Counted from the first letter of the stretch, positions 41,293 through 52,578 are shown. The stretch: DNA of 64,000 bases from Pseudothermotoga sp. (GCA_041640575.1 JBEPZZ010000004.1:12107-76106), one strand, 5' to 3'. Notes: generated from the letters alone by a model not told the origin. Program-made: numbers and translations.

Positions 41293-42133
41293 TGAAAATC
41301 CCCCTTTCGAAAACATTGAATAGCCACAAACCGAGTACCACCAAAATTCCTCCTAGTATGGTGTACAAATTTGGTGGGTTCTTCAAAAGAATAGTTTCTG
41401 AGACACTAGTTATGACTGGTATAAAATATATTGTATTGGTCGTGTAACGTGTTCCAACACGCTTCAAACCTATATTCCAAAACACATAAGCAATCCCAGA
41501 GCAGACTATTCCAAGGTAGAGAAGCCCAACCACGACTGGAAGCGAGAAAGAAATAGAAGATTTGTCTTCAAAAATCGAAAATGGTATCAAAGTTAATAGG
41601 CCCCAGATGTTTATCGCCAAAACACCTTCTAATGAATCAGCGTTCGGCATTTTTTCAACATGGTAGGTGTAAAAAACCCACGAAAAAGCCGCTCCAAGAA
41701 GCATTAGATCGCCAATCGGACTTACCTTTAAAACGAATCTCCCATTCATTATAACAATGGCAACACCAAGGAATGCGAGAAGTGATGAAAAATATTGCGC
41801 GATAGTTGTCCTTTTTCTTTGAATAAAATGCGTAAAAAGTGTGTAAAATATTGGAGCGCTTGAGACAATTAACGAAGCGTTGGTTGGATACGAATACACC
41901 AAACCTGTATTTTCAAAGAAAAAATACATTGTAACTCCCCAAAAACCCGCAAAAAAAGTATGCCAGTTGAGAAGTTTGGGAAATTTTTTCGTAAACAAAT
42001 AAAGCGCAACGCAGGCTATGGCGAATCTAATCAAAGCCGCTGTAGATGGTGGTATCGATAATACTACAACTCTAGTTGCAACAAAAGAAATTCCCCAGAA
42101 AAAGACAACTGCCCAGACTAAACCTTTGAACAA
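41255..42133 (-). CDS. DMT/EamA-family transporter
   Basis: [36 protein letters not shown] follows GGAGG. Confidence 0.9.
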   Translation of the reverse strand: MFKGLVWAVVFFWGISFVATRVVVLSIPPSTAALIRFAIACVALYLFTKKFPKLLNWHTFFAGFWGVTMYFFFENTGLVYSYPTNASLIVSSAPIFYTLFTHFIQRKRTTIAQYFSSLLAFLGVAIVIMNGRFVLKVSPIGDLMLLGAAFSWVFYTYHVEKMPNADSLEGVLAINIWGLLTLIPFSIFEDKSSISFSLPVVVGLLYLGIVCSGIAYVFWNIGLKRVGTRYTTNTIYFIPVITSVSETILLKNPPNLYTILGGILVVLGLWLFNVFERGIFNESLSKSKNERT

Positions 42134-42233
42134 GGTAGCACCTCCAACAAAAATTTTGACACAAAACTATGATATCTCCAAGAAATTGTATAATCAAACA
42201 GAAGTTTTAGCAAAGTACGTTGGGGGGATAGTC

Positions 42234-43880
42234 TTGGAAAAAAAACAAATTAAGGCAAATTCAGTTGAAGCATTGCTTAATCAGCTTGCTAAAGATTATG
42301 GCTCAGACTGGTATCAAAAGGTGAAAATTACATTCATCAAAGATAGTCCCTTTGAAGTAATAGTTGAAGTATCCGAAATAGGTTCAGAGGGTTTCGAGCA
42401 ACAGACTAAGGAATCAATCCACAAAGACAAACCAAATATCGCAATTCCAGTGCTTCCAGACATTTCAGAAATCGAGAGAAAACATTCTGAACCAAGGGTC
42501 ATGGTCTGGATATCTGAAGATAAAATGATTGCCAGCATTTCTGTAATTCCTGGTTTAAGAAGGATCGTACCAACCGTTGATGAAGTCGTTGAAGCACTTA
42601 ACAACGCTGGTGTGAAATATGGAATAAATCGAGAAAGAATTGAACAAATAATAAGAGAACAAAGATTTTTCACTTCCATACCGGTTGCTTCAGGGAAACC
42701 TCCTAAGTCAGCAAAGGACGCACAGATTCAATTTCTCTTCCCATTGAGTGGATATGTCTCAGCAAAACCCGATGAATCGGAAAGAATAGATCCAGCCTCG
42801 CTCTACAAAATTTTCACATGTGAAAAAGATCAGCTTCTTGCTTTGAAAGTGCCATCTGTTGAAGGCGAGGATGGTTTTACAGTTACCGGAGAAACAATAA
42901 AAGTCGAAAAAGCTAAGGATATCAACTTGAAAAATTACCTAGGAGAAAACGTTTACCTTTCCGAGGATGGAAATAAGATCTTTGCATCATGTGCTGGTCA
43001 ACCTTTTTTCAAAAATTCCATGGTTCATGTGAAACAAGTGTTCGTTGTCGAGGGAGATCTTAACTACACCGTAGGAAATATAAACTTCAACGGTACAGTG
43101 ATTATACGAGGCAACGCCGAAGGCCCATTCAAAATATCCGCAAAGGGCGATGTTGTAATCGAAGGAATCTTGGGAGAAGTTCAAGTGTCTTCTGAAGGCT
43201 CATTGATGGTCAAGGGTGGGATCTTTGGAAGATCAAAGGGGATTGTAAAAGTGAGGAGGGATCTTTTCGCCAAATTTGTAAATGAAGCTCGCATTTTTTG
43301 TGAAGGAAAAGTTCTTATTGAGGATTACATAATGAATTCAATTTTGGTTTGTAATAGTGACGTGTTTGTAGGAGGCAGAGGAATAATAGTGGGGGGAATT
43401 GTAAAGGCAAGAGGTAACATAACTGCTAAAGAACTTGGGACGAAAACTGGAATCAAAACTTTGGTAAGTTGTGGAATAAATTACGAGATTGAAGAAAAAT
43501 ACGAACAGTGCGAGCTTACTGTTTCCCAAATTGTGAAGGAGATTACGAAAATTTCTGAAAATGAGCAAAGGATCAAAGGAAAGCTTCTTCAAACAAGAGA
43601 TTTGAAACAAAGGGAGATGCTGAGAAACTCTTTGTTTGATCTAGAACGACAAAGGCAGGCTTTATTGAAACAACTTTTCAGGTTGAAGCAAGCTATGGAG
43701 ATCATTTTGAGGATCAGAAGATTTGAAAATATTTCTACCACGTCCAGAATAATTCTAAGAGGGGTTTGCCATCCAAACGTTAAGATTACCATTGGATATG
43801 AAACTTTTCATGTTAAAGAGCAAATGACTGCAAAAGAGTTTTACATAGACAAGGATACTGGAAAAATTACCTGGCAGTGA
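42234..43880 (+). CDS. FapA/DUF342-family protein
   Basis: GVKYGI, GEDGFTVTG, GNINFNGTVIIRG, GIIVGG, ELGTKTGIKT; TTG follows GGGGG. Confidence 0.85.
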   Translation: MEKKQIKANSVEALLNQLAKDYGSDWYQKVKITFIKDSPFEVIVEVSEIGSEGFEQQTKESIHKDKPNIAIPVLPDISEIERKHSEPRVMVWISEDKMIASISVIPGLRRIVPTVDEVVEALNNAGVKYGINRERIEQIIREQRFFTSIPVASGKPPKSAKDAQIQFLFPLSGYVSAKPDESERIDPASLYKIFTCEKDQLLALKVPSVEGEDGFTVTGETIKVEKAKDINLKNYLGENVYLSEDGNKIFASCAGQPFFKNSMVHVKQVFVVEGDLNYTVGNINFNGTVIIRGNAEGPFKISAKGDVVIEGILGEVQVSSEGSLMVKGGIFGRSKGIVKVRRDLFAKFVNEARIFCEGKVLIEDYIMNSILVCNSDVFVGGRGIIVGGIVKARGNITAKELGTKTGIKTLVSCGINYEIEEKYEQCELTVSQIVKEITKISENEQRIKGKLLQTRDLKQREMLRNSLFDLERQRQALLKQLFRLKQAMEIILRIRRFENISTTSRIILRGVCHPNVKITIGYETFHVKEQMTAKEFYIDKDTGKITWQ

Positions 43881-45974
43881 TCATGAACTCGAAGTTTCAT
43901 TTAGAATTTCTAGCATTATTCTTACAACCTGTGGATCGAATTGACTACCAGAACACCTAAGAAGTTCTTGCTTGGCTTCTTCTAACGTAAAGGCTTTTCT
44001 ATAAGGTCTATCTGTTGTCATCGCGTCGAAACTATCAGCAACACATATAATTCGAGAAAGAATAGGAATTGTTTCGCCACTCAAACCATCGGGATAACCT
44101 TTTCCATCAAACCTTTCATGATGATGCCTTACTATAGCAGCAATTTCTGGCAGATCTGCAGCTATCAGCCATTCATACCCTTTTATACTGTGAAGCTTCA
44201 CCAATTGATATTCTTCGGGAGTCAAAATACCATTCTTGTTCAAAACATGCTGTGGCACATAAATTTTGCCGATATCATGCACCAGGGCGGCCCAGTAGAT
44301 TCTCTTAATATCTTCATTCGCCAGGCCCATTCTTTCGGCTATCATTGAGGAATAACGGGCAACATTCTCAGAATGTCCCTTGGTGTAATAGTCATAACTT
44401 TCTAGTGCTTTCACAGCAAAAAGAATCAGTCTTTTGTGAAAGATTCCTTCTTCTTTCACATAGTTTCTAAAGGCTGAAAGATGCGCAACCAGCTCACCTA
44501 ATCTTTCTATCACCTTCTTTACGAAATTGCTTATATGAGGAACTAAGATAAAAAGATAACCAAAATCTTCCTTGCCATTTGACAAATTTGCATATATAAA
44601 CTCGTTCTCTGTGAATGTGTTTAAATCAAAATGATTCCTCAGCAGACTAACCAAATCTTGTTCATCGTAGATCTCGGCAAAACGAGTGTCGGTATCTAAA
44701 TAGCTGCATTTGGAATCCTCGCCCTTTAGGTTTGCGCACAAAATTATTGGTGGGCCCTTTAATAACATTCCAACAAGCTTTGCATCGCTTACCAGAGATC
44801 GAACCACAGTTAATACTCTATGGGCAAACTCTTTTTCACTGGAAGTTCTTGCGAGCAAATCTGAGAAAATTTTGAGCATGTCAAAAATCGAGTTTTGCAA
44901 AAGCGCATTTTCGACATTAATCGACTCTAGTTCTTCATTTTTACGTGCTAATTCTTCGTTCAAAGCATTCAATTCTTGATTCTGAGCATTCAGTTCCTGG
45001 TTCATTGCTTCCAGTTCTTCATTGTTAGCCGTAAGTTGTTCGTTCATTGCTCTAACCTCTTCGTGAGCCGCTTTCAGTTCTTCATTAGCTTTCACAAGCT
45101 GAAGCGTTCGTTGGTTAAGAAGCTTCTTTAGATAATAATTAAATAAGGACAAGATAACCAAAAATAATAAAACGCCAATCGCAGAAATTAAGCCAACCCA
45201 AAGAATCCACGGTGGAATGCGAAATGCCATGGGTATGAAAAGTGATGTTATTTTCTCTAGTTCCGACTTATCAATTTCCTTCAAAGTTTTGTTCACCAAA
45301 TCAGCTAAGTTCTTGTTTGCAATGTAAAACGCGAAGTGAAGATCTTTGGTCTGCAGCGAAATGGATTCAAAACGGTAAAATAAATCGTATTTGATAAGGT
45401 AGTACCTCGCCGTGTAATCTTCCATAACAAAAACATTAATTTCGTTGTTTCGAACTGCCTTTATCAAAGTTTCAAAATCATCATAGTAAACGACATGTGC
45501 CTTTGGATAAGAACTTTGGAGTATCCCAACGGAAGCATCCCCTCGAACAGCTCCTACAACGTATGCAGAAATGTCATTTTTGTTTTTCAATCCTGTATCT
45601 TGCCTATAATAAAGATTCACTGTGACGGAGAAGATTGGATCAGAGAATAAAAGATACTTTTGTCGTTCACTGGTTTTGAATATGAGATTGATCATATCTG
45701 CTTCGCCTTTTTCAACTTTTTCCAACGCAACGTAAAATGGTAGAACTTCGATTTTAAACTCAAGACCCGTCTTTTTCATAAGCAGTTTTATTACCTCAAC
45801 ACTAATACCGACAGGTTCTCCTTGTTCATCCAACCATATAAAAGGTGGGTAAAAATCGCCAGTGACAACTTTCACGGTTTTTTTAAGACCAGGAATAAAT
45901 TCCGCACTGGATGCAAAATTAATAGAGCATAGTAATAACGAGAGCAATAAAATCGTAAATTGTTTCAAACTCAT
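43881..45974 (-). CDS. HD-GYP phosphodiesterase with N-terminal periplasmic solute-binding sensor domain
   Basis: DFYPPF family-3 SBP domain, TM, heptad linker, YTKGHS, HDIGK, HHERFDGKGYPDG. Confidence 0.92.
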   Translation of the reverse strand: MSLKQFTILLLSLLLCSINFASSAEFIPGLKKTVKVVTGDFYPPFIWLDEQGEPVGISVEVIKLLMKKTGLEFKIEVLPFYVALEKVEKGEADMINLIFKTSERQKYLLFSDPIFSVTVNLYYRQDTGLKNKNDISAYVVGAVRGDASVGILQSSYPKAHVVYYDDFETLIKAVRNNEINVFVMEDYTARYYLIKYDLFYRFESISLQTKDLHFAFYIANKNLADLVNKTLKEIDKSELEKITSLFIPMAFRIPPWILWVGLISAIGVLLFLVILSLFNYYLKKLLNQRTLQLVKANEELKAAHEEVRAMNEQLTANNEELEAMNQELNAQNQELNALNEELARKNEELESINVENALLQNSIFDMLKIFSDLLARTSSEKEFAHRVLTVVRSLVSDAKLVGMLLKGPPIILCANLKGEDSKCSYLDTDTRFAEIYDEQDLVSLLRNHFDLNTFTENEFIYANLSNGKEDFGYLFILVPHISNFVKKVIERLGELVAHLSAFRNYVKEEGIFHKRLILFAVKALESYDYYTKGHSENVARYSSMIAERMGLANEDIKRIYWAALVHDIGKIYVPQHVLNKNGILTPEEYQLVKLHSIKGYEWLIAADLPEIAAIVRHHHERFDGKGYPDGLSGETIPILSRIICVADSFDAMTTDRPYRKAFTLEEAKQELLRCSGSQFDPQVVRIMLEILNETSSS
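44930..45095 (-). repeat. Imperfect 21-nt (heptad) coding repeat
   Basis: ANEELKA-AHEEVRA-MNEQLTA-NNEELEA-MNQELNA-QNQELNA-LNEELAR-KNEELES. Confidence 0.7.
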
Positions 45975-46092
45975 TCTATATTTTGGACTCAGAGGGTGTC
46001 CCCCCAAGATAGTTTGATTTTTTTAACTCGTTCTAATTATACTACAACGTAATGTTGATATAATGATTAAGATAAAAATGGAGGTGTTGTTG

Positions 46093-47817
46093 ATGAGATT
46101 TAGCCAACTTTATGCGCCTACTTTGAAAGAAGCTCCAAGTGATGCGGAGGTTATAAGCCATGCTTTGCTTTACAGAGCGGGGTTTATAAGAAAAGCCTCG
46201 GCTGGAATTTATAATTTTCTGCCATTGGGTAAGAGGACTCTATCAAAGATCGAGAAAATTGTCAGGGAAGAAATGGACAAAATTGGAGCGCAAGAGGTTT
46301 CGATGCCTATCATTCAACCGGCAGAGCTTTGGCAGATAACAGGAAGATGGGATGACTACGGTCCAGAAATGATGAAACTCAAAGACAGACATAGTAGAGA
46401 TTTCACACTTGGCCCTACCCACGAAGAAATGGTTACATTCCTGATAAAGGACGAACTTCGTTCTTACAAACAGTTACCAGTTTTTCTATACCAAATAGGT
46501 TTGAAATACAGAGATGAAATTCGCCCAAGATTTGGTTTGCTTCGTGCGAGAGAATTCATAATGAAGGATGGATACAGTTTTCATAGCAATAACGAATCTT
46601 TGAACGAGACATACGAAGCTTGCAGACAAGCATACAGTAAGATTGTTGAAAGGATTGGTTTGAAATATACAATCGTTGAAGCTGCCTCTGGAGCTATTGG
46701 TGGGAATGAATCTCACGAATTCGTCAGTTTCGCACCAGTGGGTGAAACAAATCTTTTGAAATGTGAAAAGTGTGGTTATTCTTCGAACGATGAGCAAGCT
46801 CCATATAAGGGGGAATATGAGAAATACAGCGAGGGTGAGAAACCTCTTTCACTTGTTCACACACCCGCTGTTCGCACAGTTGAACAAGTTGCAGATTTCC
46901 TTGGAGTAAAGCCATCAAGGATTGTCAAATCGCTGTTGTTCGTTGGAAGAAATGGGTTCGTGATGGCTTTGATTCAAGGAGATAAAGAATTAAATGTCGA
47001 AAAGCTTAAGGTTCATATGCAAGATCAGTCTCTAAGGCTTGCAGAACCAGAGGAAGTACTGGAAGCTTTCAAAGTACCGATAGGATTCATTGGCCCAGTA
47101 GGATTGAACAACGTAACAATTGTGGCGGATCACGGTGTGAAGTACATGAAAAATGTCGTTGTAGGAGGAATGAAAACTGATTATCACTATACGAATGTAA
47201 ATCTTGGACGGGACTTTTCTGTACAGTCTTTCTTCGACTTGAGAGTTGTAGAACCAGGTGATCCATGTCCAGTGTGTGGTAGTCAACTTACTGGCTCAAA
47301 GGGAATTGAACTTGGTCATGTTTTCAAGCTTGGTACAAAGTATTCAAAAGCAATGAATGCTCTGTACATGGACGAAAAGGGTGAACTAAAACCTTTTATA
47401 ATGGGTTGCTACGGTTGGGGAGTTTCAAGGACAATGGCTGCCGTAGTTGAACAGCTAAACGATGAAGATGGAATAATTTGGCCACAGTCAATAGCGCCAT
47501 ATGAAGTTGTAATCACAGTTGTCTCAAGCGTTGATAACCAACAAAAGAATTTTGCTGAGAAGCTTTATAAAACATTTAGTGGAACATTTGATGTCATCCT
47601 TGATGATCGAGATATTTCACCAGGTATGAAGTTCAAAGATGCTGATTTGATAGGGTTCCCACTGAAAATCACTGTGGGCAAAAGTCTTGCCCAAGGTTAT
47701 GTGGAATTGAAACTACGGAACTTGAAGAAACAAGAAAAAGTTCTGGCAGATCCAGAAAAAGTGTTGCAGACTGCAACCAAAATGTTAGAGGAATACGATC
47801 CGCACAAGAAGGTGTGA
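46093..47817 (+). CDS. proS: Proline--tRNA ligase (with editing domain)
   Basis: [45 protein letters not shown]. Confidence 0.97.
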   Translation: MRFSQLYAPTLKEAPSDAEVISHALLYRAGFIRKASAGIYNFLPLGKRTLSKIEKIVREEMDKIGAQEVSMPIIQPAELWQITGRWDDYGPEMMKLKDRHSRDFTLGPTHEEMVTFLIKDELRSYKQLPVFLYQIGLKYRDEIRPRFGLLRAREFIMKDGYSFHSNNESLNETYEACRQAYSKIVERIGLKYTIVEAASGAIGGNESHEFVSFAPVGETNLLKCEKCGYSSNDEQAPYKGEYEKYSEGEKPLSLVHTPAVRTVEQVADFLGVKPSRIVKSLLFVGRNGFVMALIQGDKELNVEKLKVHMQDQSLRLAEPEEVLEAFKVPIGFIGPVGLNNVTIVADHGVKYMKNVVVGGMKTDYHYTNVNLGRDFSVQSFFDLRVVEPGDPCPVCGSQLTGSKGIELGHVFKLGTKYSKAMNALYMDEKGELKPFIMGCYGWGVSRTMAAVVEQLNDEDGIIWPQSIAPYEVVITVVSSVDNQQKNFAEKLYKTFSGTFDVILDDRDISPGMKFKDADLIGFPLKITVGKSLAQGYVELKLRNLKKQEKVLADPEKVLQTATKMLEEYDPHKKV

Positions 47818-47819
47818 AC

Positions 47820-48704
47820 ATGGGATTTTTTGAAGGACTAAAAGCGAGATTAGAGAAAACAAGAAAGAACCTTTTTGAAAGTTTGGGTAAGCTTCTTAAG
47901 GGAACAAAAGTTGACAAAGAATTACTTGAACAGCTGGAAGAAAAGCTGATAACAGCTGACATTGGTTACGAAACAACCCAGGAAATTCTTGAGAAACTTC
48001 AAGAAAGACAGAATCGCGATGCTCTTGAAGCTCTTAAAGAAGTTCTTATCGAAATCTTATCCGGTGAGAATAGTTTGCACACTCCTACAGATAAACCCTT
48101 TGTAATAACCGTAGTTGGAGTTAATGGAACTGGTAAAACGACAACTGTAGCAAAACTTGGAGCCTATTTTCAAAACCTTGGCAAGTCAGTAGTGCTCGCA
48201 GCCGCGGATACGTTCAGAGCAGCTGCGATAGAACAATTGCATGAATGGGGGAAAAGAATAAACTGCACAGTCATTTCACACGGCGAAGGTGCCGACTCAG
48301 CAGCTGTTGCCTTTGACGCAGTAAACCATGCAAAATCGAGAAACAAGGATGTAGTTATAATCGATACGGCTGGTCGATTACATACAAAGAAGAACTTAAT
48401 GGAAGAGCTGAAGAAGATTCACAGGGTAATTCAAAGAATTGTTGAGAGTTCTCCGCACGAAGTGCTGCTTGTTGTAGATGCAACAACGGGCCAAAACGGG
48501 CTTGTTCAGGCGAAAGTTTTCAAGGAAATGGTCAACATTACCGGGATAGTCCTAACTAAACTAGATGGCACAGCCAAAGGTGGTATTGCACTATCAATCA
48601 AAAAGGAACTCGGTATTCCAATAAAGTTTATTGGAGTAGGAGAAGGTGTTGAAGACCTTAAGCCTTTCAATCCAAAGGAATTTGTTGAAGCCTTGCTGGA
48701 CTAA
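47820..48704 (+). CDS. ftsY: SRP receptor
   Basis: GVNGTGKTTT, DTFRAAA, DTAGR, TKLDGTAKGG. Confidence 0.96.
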   Translation: MGFFEGLKARLEKTRKNLFESLGKLLKGTKVDKELLEQLEEKLITADIGYETTQEILEKLQERQNRDALEALKEVLIEILSGENSLHTPTDKPFVITVVGVNGTGKTTTVAKLGAYFQNLGKSVVLAAADTFRAAAIEQLHEWGKRINCTVISHGEGADSAAVAFDAVNHAKSRNKDVVIIDTAGRLHTKKNLMEELKKIHRVIQRIVESSPHEVLLVVDATTGQNGLVQAKVFKEMVNITGIVLTKLDGTAKGGIALSIKKELGIPIKFIGVGEGVEDLKPFNPKEFVEALLD

Positions 48705-48808
48705 CCTAACCAACTAAAAATTCAGAGAAAATTAATCCAATTGGCACGGACAAGGATAAACTATGAATGGTATAATCTCAAACAGTAAAAGATTTGGAGG
48801 GGTTTTTA

Positions 48809-49471
48809 TTGCCCACATTTTGGAAAAAGTCGTTAACATGTCCAATGTGTACGGCAGAATTTCAAGCAGTACGAGTTTTCACGGATGCGGTAAAGATAAA
48901 AGATCGTGACAGTGATCTAAAACCAACTTATGAAGGAGTAAATTACAGTTTGTTTCAACCAATAACATGTCCGGTGTGTTTCTATTCAACTTTCGAAGAC
49001 GATTTTTCTAAGGCTCCAAAGCCACAAGAAGCTGAGAAAATAAGAAAATTCTTAGCAAAGATAAGAGAAAGTGTGAAAATAGACCTGAGTGAAAACAGAA
49101 CCTTGAAAGATGCTGCATCAATTTATGCGATAACAGCTGCTATTTATACAATACTTGGTAAACCGCTGAAAATCGCAGAAGCATACCTGAAACTAGCCTG
49201 GATTTATCGTGATATCGCAAACGATGATGAGGAAAGAAAAGCCTTGCAAAATGCTTTGAGATTTTTCTTAGAAAGTTATACAAAAGAATCTTTATCCGAA
49301 GAACAACAAGTTATGGTTTTATTCTACCTTGGTGAAATAAACAGACGACTGGCAAACAAAAAAGAAGCCGTTAAATGGTTTTCTAAACTTCTGCAGTCTT
49401 ATGGTAATTCAAGTTCGCCATACGTCAAATTAGCGAGAATGCAGTGGCAGGAGGCCGCTACAGAAAGGTGA
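48809..49471 (+). CDS. DUF2225-family Zn-finger/TPR-like protein
   Basis: CPMC..DSDLKP..CPVCFY, LKLAWIYR, YLGEINRR. Confidence 0.82.
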   Translation: MPTFWKKSLTCPMCTAEFQAVRVFTDAVKIKDRDSDLKPTYEGVNYSLFQPITCPVCFYSTFEDDFSKAPKPQEAEKIRKFLAKIRESVKIDLSENRTLKDAASIYAITAAIYTILGKPLKIAEAYLKLAWIYRDIANDDEERKALQNALRFFLESYTKESLSEEQQVMVLFYLGEINRRLANKKEAVKWFSKLLQSYGNSSSPYVKLARMQWQEAATER

Positions 49472-51180
49472 GACCAAAACGATTACTTTTCCTAGTCTTG
49501 CCGGTTGTTTTAATCTTAAGTTCCTGCATGCAGCCTGACACAAGCTTGCTTGAGAAGGTTAATCGAAGACTTGATGACCTTGAATACAGATTGATGCAGA
49601 TTGAAAAAAACCAAAATAGTACCAGACAGGATATTCAAAAGCTTCAAGAAGAGGTCGCACGAATAAATAACGAAGTTGCAACTGCTAAAAGAATGATAGA
49701 AACTCAAAGGGAACTTCCAACTGTTTCGCGGGATGATATTGACAGAATCTTGGCACGCCTGAATTCACTAGAAATGAAATACAACCAACTTTCAGTTGCT
49801 CTAAACATATCAGACATTAGGGAACTCATATATAAGCTTGGAGATCTCGAGGTTTCTCAGAAACAACAGCAACTTAATTATGAAAAGTTTGTGCGCGACA
49901 CACAGGCACTTCTTGAACAAGTCAACGCACGTGAAATAGCTCAAAGACTTGACAGCTTGACTAATTCAGTTGCATCAATTAGAAACCAGATAGACCAAGC
50001 TTTGGAGCTTGAGACAAGACTCAGGACTCTGGAAGCGTCAGTAGAAACTCTGATTATAAAAGCTGATGGTTCGCCTGCAAATCTATCAAAAGTTGAAAAC
50101 GAAATCGGACAGTTAAGATCAAGTGTGAAGGATTTAGAAAGCGTCATTCGCAAAGAAATGGACAAAAGATTTTTCGAATTACAACAGCGACTTTCCTCAG
50201 GTGGTACAAGTGCAGACCTTCAAAATTACATAGCGAATACAACTGCTCTTGTCAGACAACTAACAAACGAACTTGAGTATTTGAGAGGATTAGTTAAGGA
50301 ATACGACAGGGACAAATTTCTTAGACTCGATCAAGGTTACATAAGTTATGTTGTCAAAACCGGTGACACACTGTCAGCAATTGCAAATGCTTATGGTTTA
50401 AAGGGCGAGAAAATTAAACAGCTTATGGAGATAAACCAGATTCAGGATGCAAATCGCTTGCTTGTGGGGCAGAGAATAAAAATCCCCATTGATGATCCAT
50501 CTTCATTGTTCAAATATCCGTTGGACATTCAAATAAACCCAAATGATATCCTTTCCACGTATGGCCAACCGTATGGTGGTGGCATTAAAACCGGTGTCGA
50601 GATTTACGTTGCAACTCCAACCAAAGTTAAAGCCATTCTGCCTGGGAAAGTCGTGAGTATTCTGAAAGATGAGGGATATTGGGTTCGTGTTGATCATGGA
50701 AATGGTATCTTGGCTGTTTATGGAAATCTTTCAACTATAGATGTTTCCCAAGGTCAATGGCTAGGTATCGGACAGTCCATAGGTATGGTGAACCGAATCC
50801 TTCATTTTGAAATTTGGATAGACGGCGAACCAAGAGACCCACTTAGAATAATTCTCAAGTATCTTGGGCAATTTGAAGCAACCTATTATACAGAATGGGA
50901 AGATGGAAAACTTCCAGAGCATCCAACTTTCAGGATTACGACGGCAGGTACAGTGCCAAAAAGCTGGTGGACATTGGCTGCTGATCCAAATCTTTTGCCG
51001 CTTGGTACTATTGTTTACATACCACAATTTTCCGATAAACCAAACAATGGGTTTTTCGTTGTCGAAGATACCGGATTGGCCATTAAAGGAAGAATTGTGG
51101 ACATTTATTTGAGTGATCTTGCACAGGCTCGCACAAATATGCGGTCTCTAGTCGATGTATACATTGTTTCCAATCGTTGA
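49468..51180 (+). CDS. Lipoprotein with coiled coil, LysM, M23-like and 3D domains
   Basis: LSSC lipobox, YVVKTGDTLSAIA LysM, HFEIWIDGEPRDP, ATYY..AADP..EDTG..VDIY. Confidence 0.85.
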   Translation: MRPKRLLFLVLPVVLILSSCMQPDTSLLEKVNRRLDDLEYRLMQIEKNQNSTRQDIQKLQEEVARINNEVATAKRMIETQRELPTVSRDDIDRILARLNSLEMKYNQLSVALNISDIRELIYKLGDLEVSQKQQQLNYEKFVRDTQALLEQVNAREIAQRLDSLTNSVASIRNQIDQALELETRLRTLEASVETLIIKADGSPANLSKVENEIGQLRSSVKDLESVIRKEMDKRFFELQQRLSSGGTSADLQNYIANTTALVRQLTNELEYLRGLVKEYDRDKFLRLDQGYISYVVKTGDTLSAIANAYGLKGEKIKQLMEINQIQDANRLLVGQRIKIPIDDPSSLFKYPLDIQINPNDILSTYGQPYGGGIKTGVEIYVATPTKVKAILPGKVVSILKDEGYWVRVDHGNGILAVYGNLSTIDVSQGQWLGIGQSIGMVNRILHFEIWIDGEPRDPLRIILKYLGQFEATYYTEWEDGKLPEHPTFRITTAGTVPKSWWTLAADPNLLPLGTIVYIPQFSDKPNNGFFVVEDTGLAIKGRIVDIYLSDLAQARTNMRSLVDVYIVSNR

Positions 51181-51200
51181 CAGAATGGAGGTGCTAAATT

Positions 51201-51626
51201 GTGGGTATAACAATCAAGAGTGAGTATGCCATGAGGATAATGATGCATCTTGCAGGCTGTGGCCAAAACAATCCTGTTTCACTGACAAGCATTTTGAAGG
51301 AAGCAAAAGTTCCGAAGGAATTTGCGGAGAAAATTGTATCTGATTTGAGAAAAGCAAAACTTATAGCTTCGGCACGAGGAAGAAAGGGAGGATATCAGTT
51401 AACTAAACCACCGAGTCAAATGACTGTTTTTGAGATCATGGAAGCTGTTGATGAACCACGCAAAATAATCAAATGTAATTTTAACGAAGAATGCTGTAGT
51501 GATCCGGAAAGCTGTGCGATCAAGAATATTGTTTGGCAAAATCTTTGGAATAGCATCGTTTCGACACTTAAATCAATAAGCCTTCAGGAACTTGTGAATT
51601 ATTGCCATCAAGGGGTGGAAAAATGA
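51201..51626 (+). CDS. Rrf2-family regulator with Cys cluster
   Basis: YAMRIM, SARGRKGGYQL, CNFNEECCSDPESC. Confidence 0.9.
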   Translation: MGITIKSEYAMRIMMHLAGCGQNNPVSLTSILKEAKVPKEFAEKIVSDLRKAKLIASARGRKGGYQLTKPPSQMTVFEIMEAVDEPRKIIKCNFNEECCSDPESCAIKNIVWQNLWNSIVSTLKSISLQELVNYCHQGVEK

Positions 51627-52573
51627 GAAACATAGTTGAAAACATCACCGAAGATTTCTTTGAAATGCTCAGATATGATAAAAACGACTGGCTTAACTAC
51701 TGGAAAAGTTATAGAAATAAATATGAACCTTTAATTGAAAACTACGAGAAACTCTTTAATATTGACGAAGAAATTTTGAAGAAAACCTTATTATCTCTTG
51801 AACGCCGCTTTCTGGACCGATTTATGCAAAAATGGCACACTGTTCAACGCGAAAATAAGCTTCTCTCTTCACATTTAGTTTCACACAAATCAGATTTGTT
51901 CCAGCTTGAAAACGAAGATTTCACGATTTTACTTGCTGGACTTTTGGGGATAAGCGATTGGGCTGTTGTGAATGGAAAGAGAGAATCAGTTATAATGATA
52001 GACATTCTTTCACTTGAAAAAAAGGGAATTTTAGACCAGCTGCCACATGTTGCTTACCAGGCTGCTCTGGGATTTAGACGTGGAGAGAAATTTGGGAACT
52101 TGATCGGTAAAAAGGAAGCTTTTGATAAACTGTTGCCTTTAGTTACCCAAGTAATTGAAGAAAATTCGCTACATAAAGCTATGGAAAAGATTTGTGAAAT
52201 CCTTTATGAAAACATATCTTACTACAACTGGGTTGGATTCTACCTTGTTGATGAAAGACAAACAAATGAACTCGTTCTAGGTCCTTTTAAGGGTGAACCA
52301 ACTGAACATGTAAGGATTCCTTTTGGAAAAGGTATTTGTGGTCAAGCGGCTGCAACTGGAATGACCTTTGTAGTTCAAGACGTGTCAAAGGAGACCAACT
52401 ATCTTTCTTGCAGCCCAAAAGTCAAGTCGGAGATCGTTGTTCCAATCAGAAAGGATGAAAGAATCCTTGGTGAACTTGATATCGACAGCCATCTTCTTAG
52501 ACCGTTCGATGAGGCAGATGAAATGTTCTTAAATAAAATTTGCGAAAAACTTTCCAAAAAGGTGGAGGAGTGA
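51623..52573 (+). CDS. GAF-domain protein (fRMsr/MsrC-like C-terminus) with unknown N-terminal domain
   Basis: YNWVGFY, LGPFKG, GKGICG, YLSCS..SEIVVPI, LDIDS. Confidence 0.82.
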   Translation: MRNIVENITEDFFEMLRYDKNDWLNYWKSYRNKYEPLIENYEKLFNIDEEILKKTLLSLERRFLDRFMQKWHTVQRENKLLSSHLVSHKSDLFQLENEDFTILLAGLLGISDWAVVNGKRESVIMIDILSLEKKGILDQLPHVAYQAALGFRRGEKFGNLIGKKEAFDKLLPLVTQVIEENSLHKAMEKICEILYENISYYNWVGFYLVDERQTNELVLGPFKGEPTEHVRIPFGKGICGQAAATGMTFVVQDVSKETNYLSCSPKVKSEIVVPIRKDERILGELDIDSHLLRPFDEADEMFLNKICEKLSKKVEE

Positions 52574-52578
52574 TTGGT

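Noticed and set aside
42018..42233. N-terminal extension of the FapA ORF (also the extensions of the kinase at 9085, flgI at 18402, YjiH at 28708 and minD at 55307)
   Set aside because: They overlap neighbouring genes or regulatory DNA. Downstream starts have better RBS and match the family N-termini.
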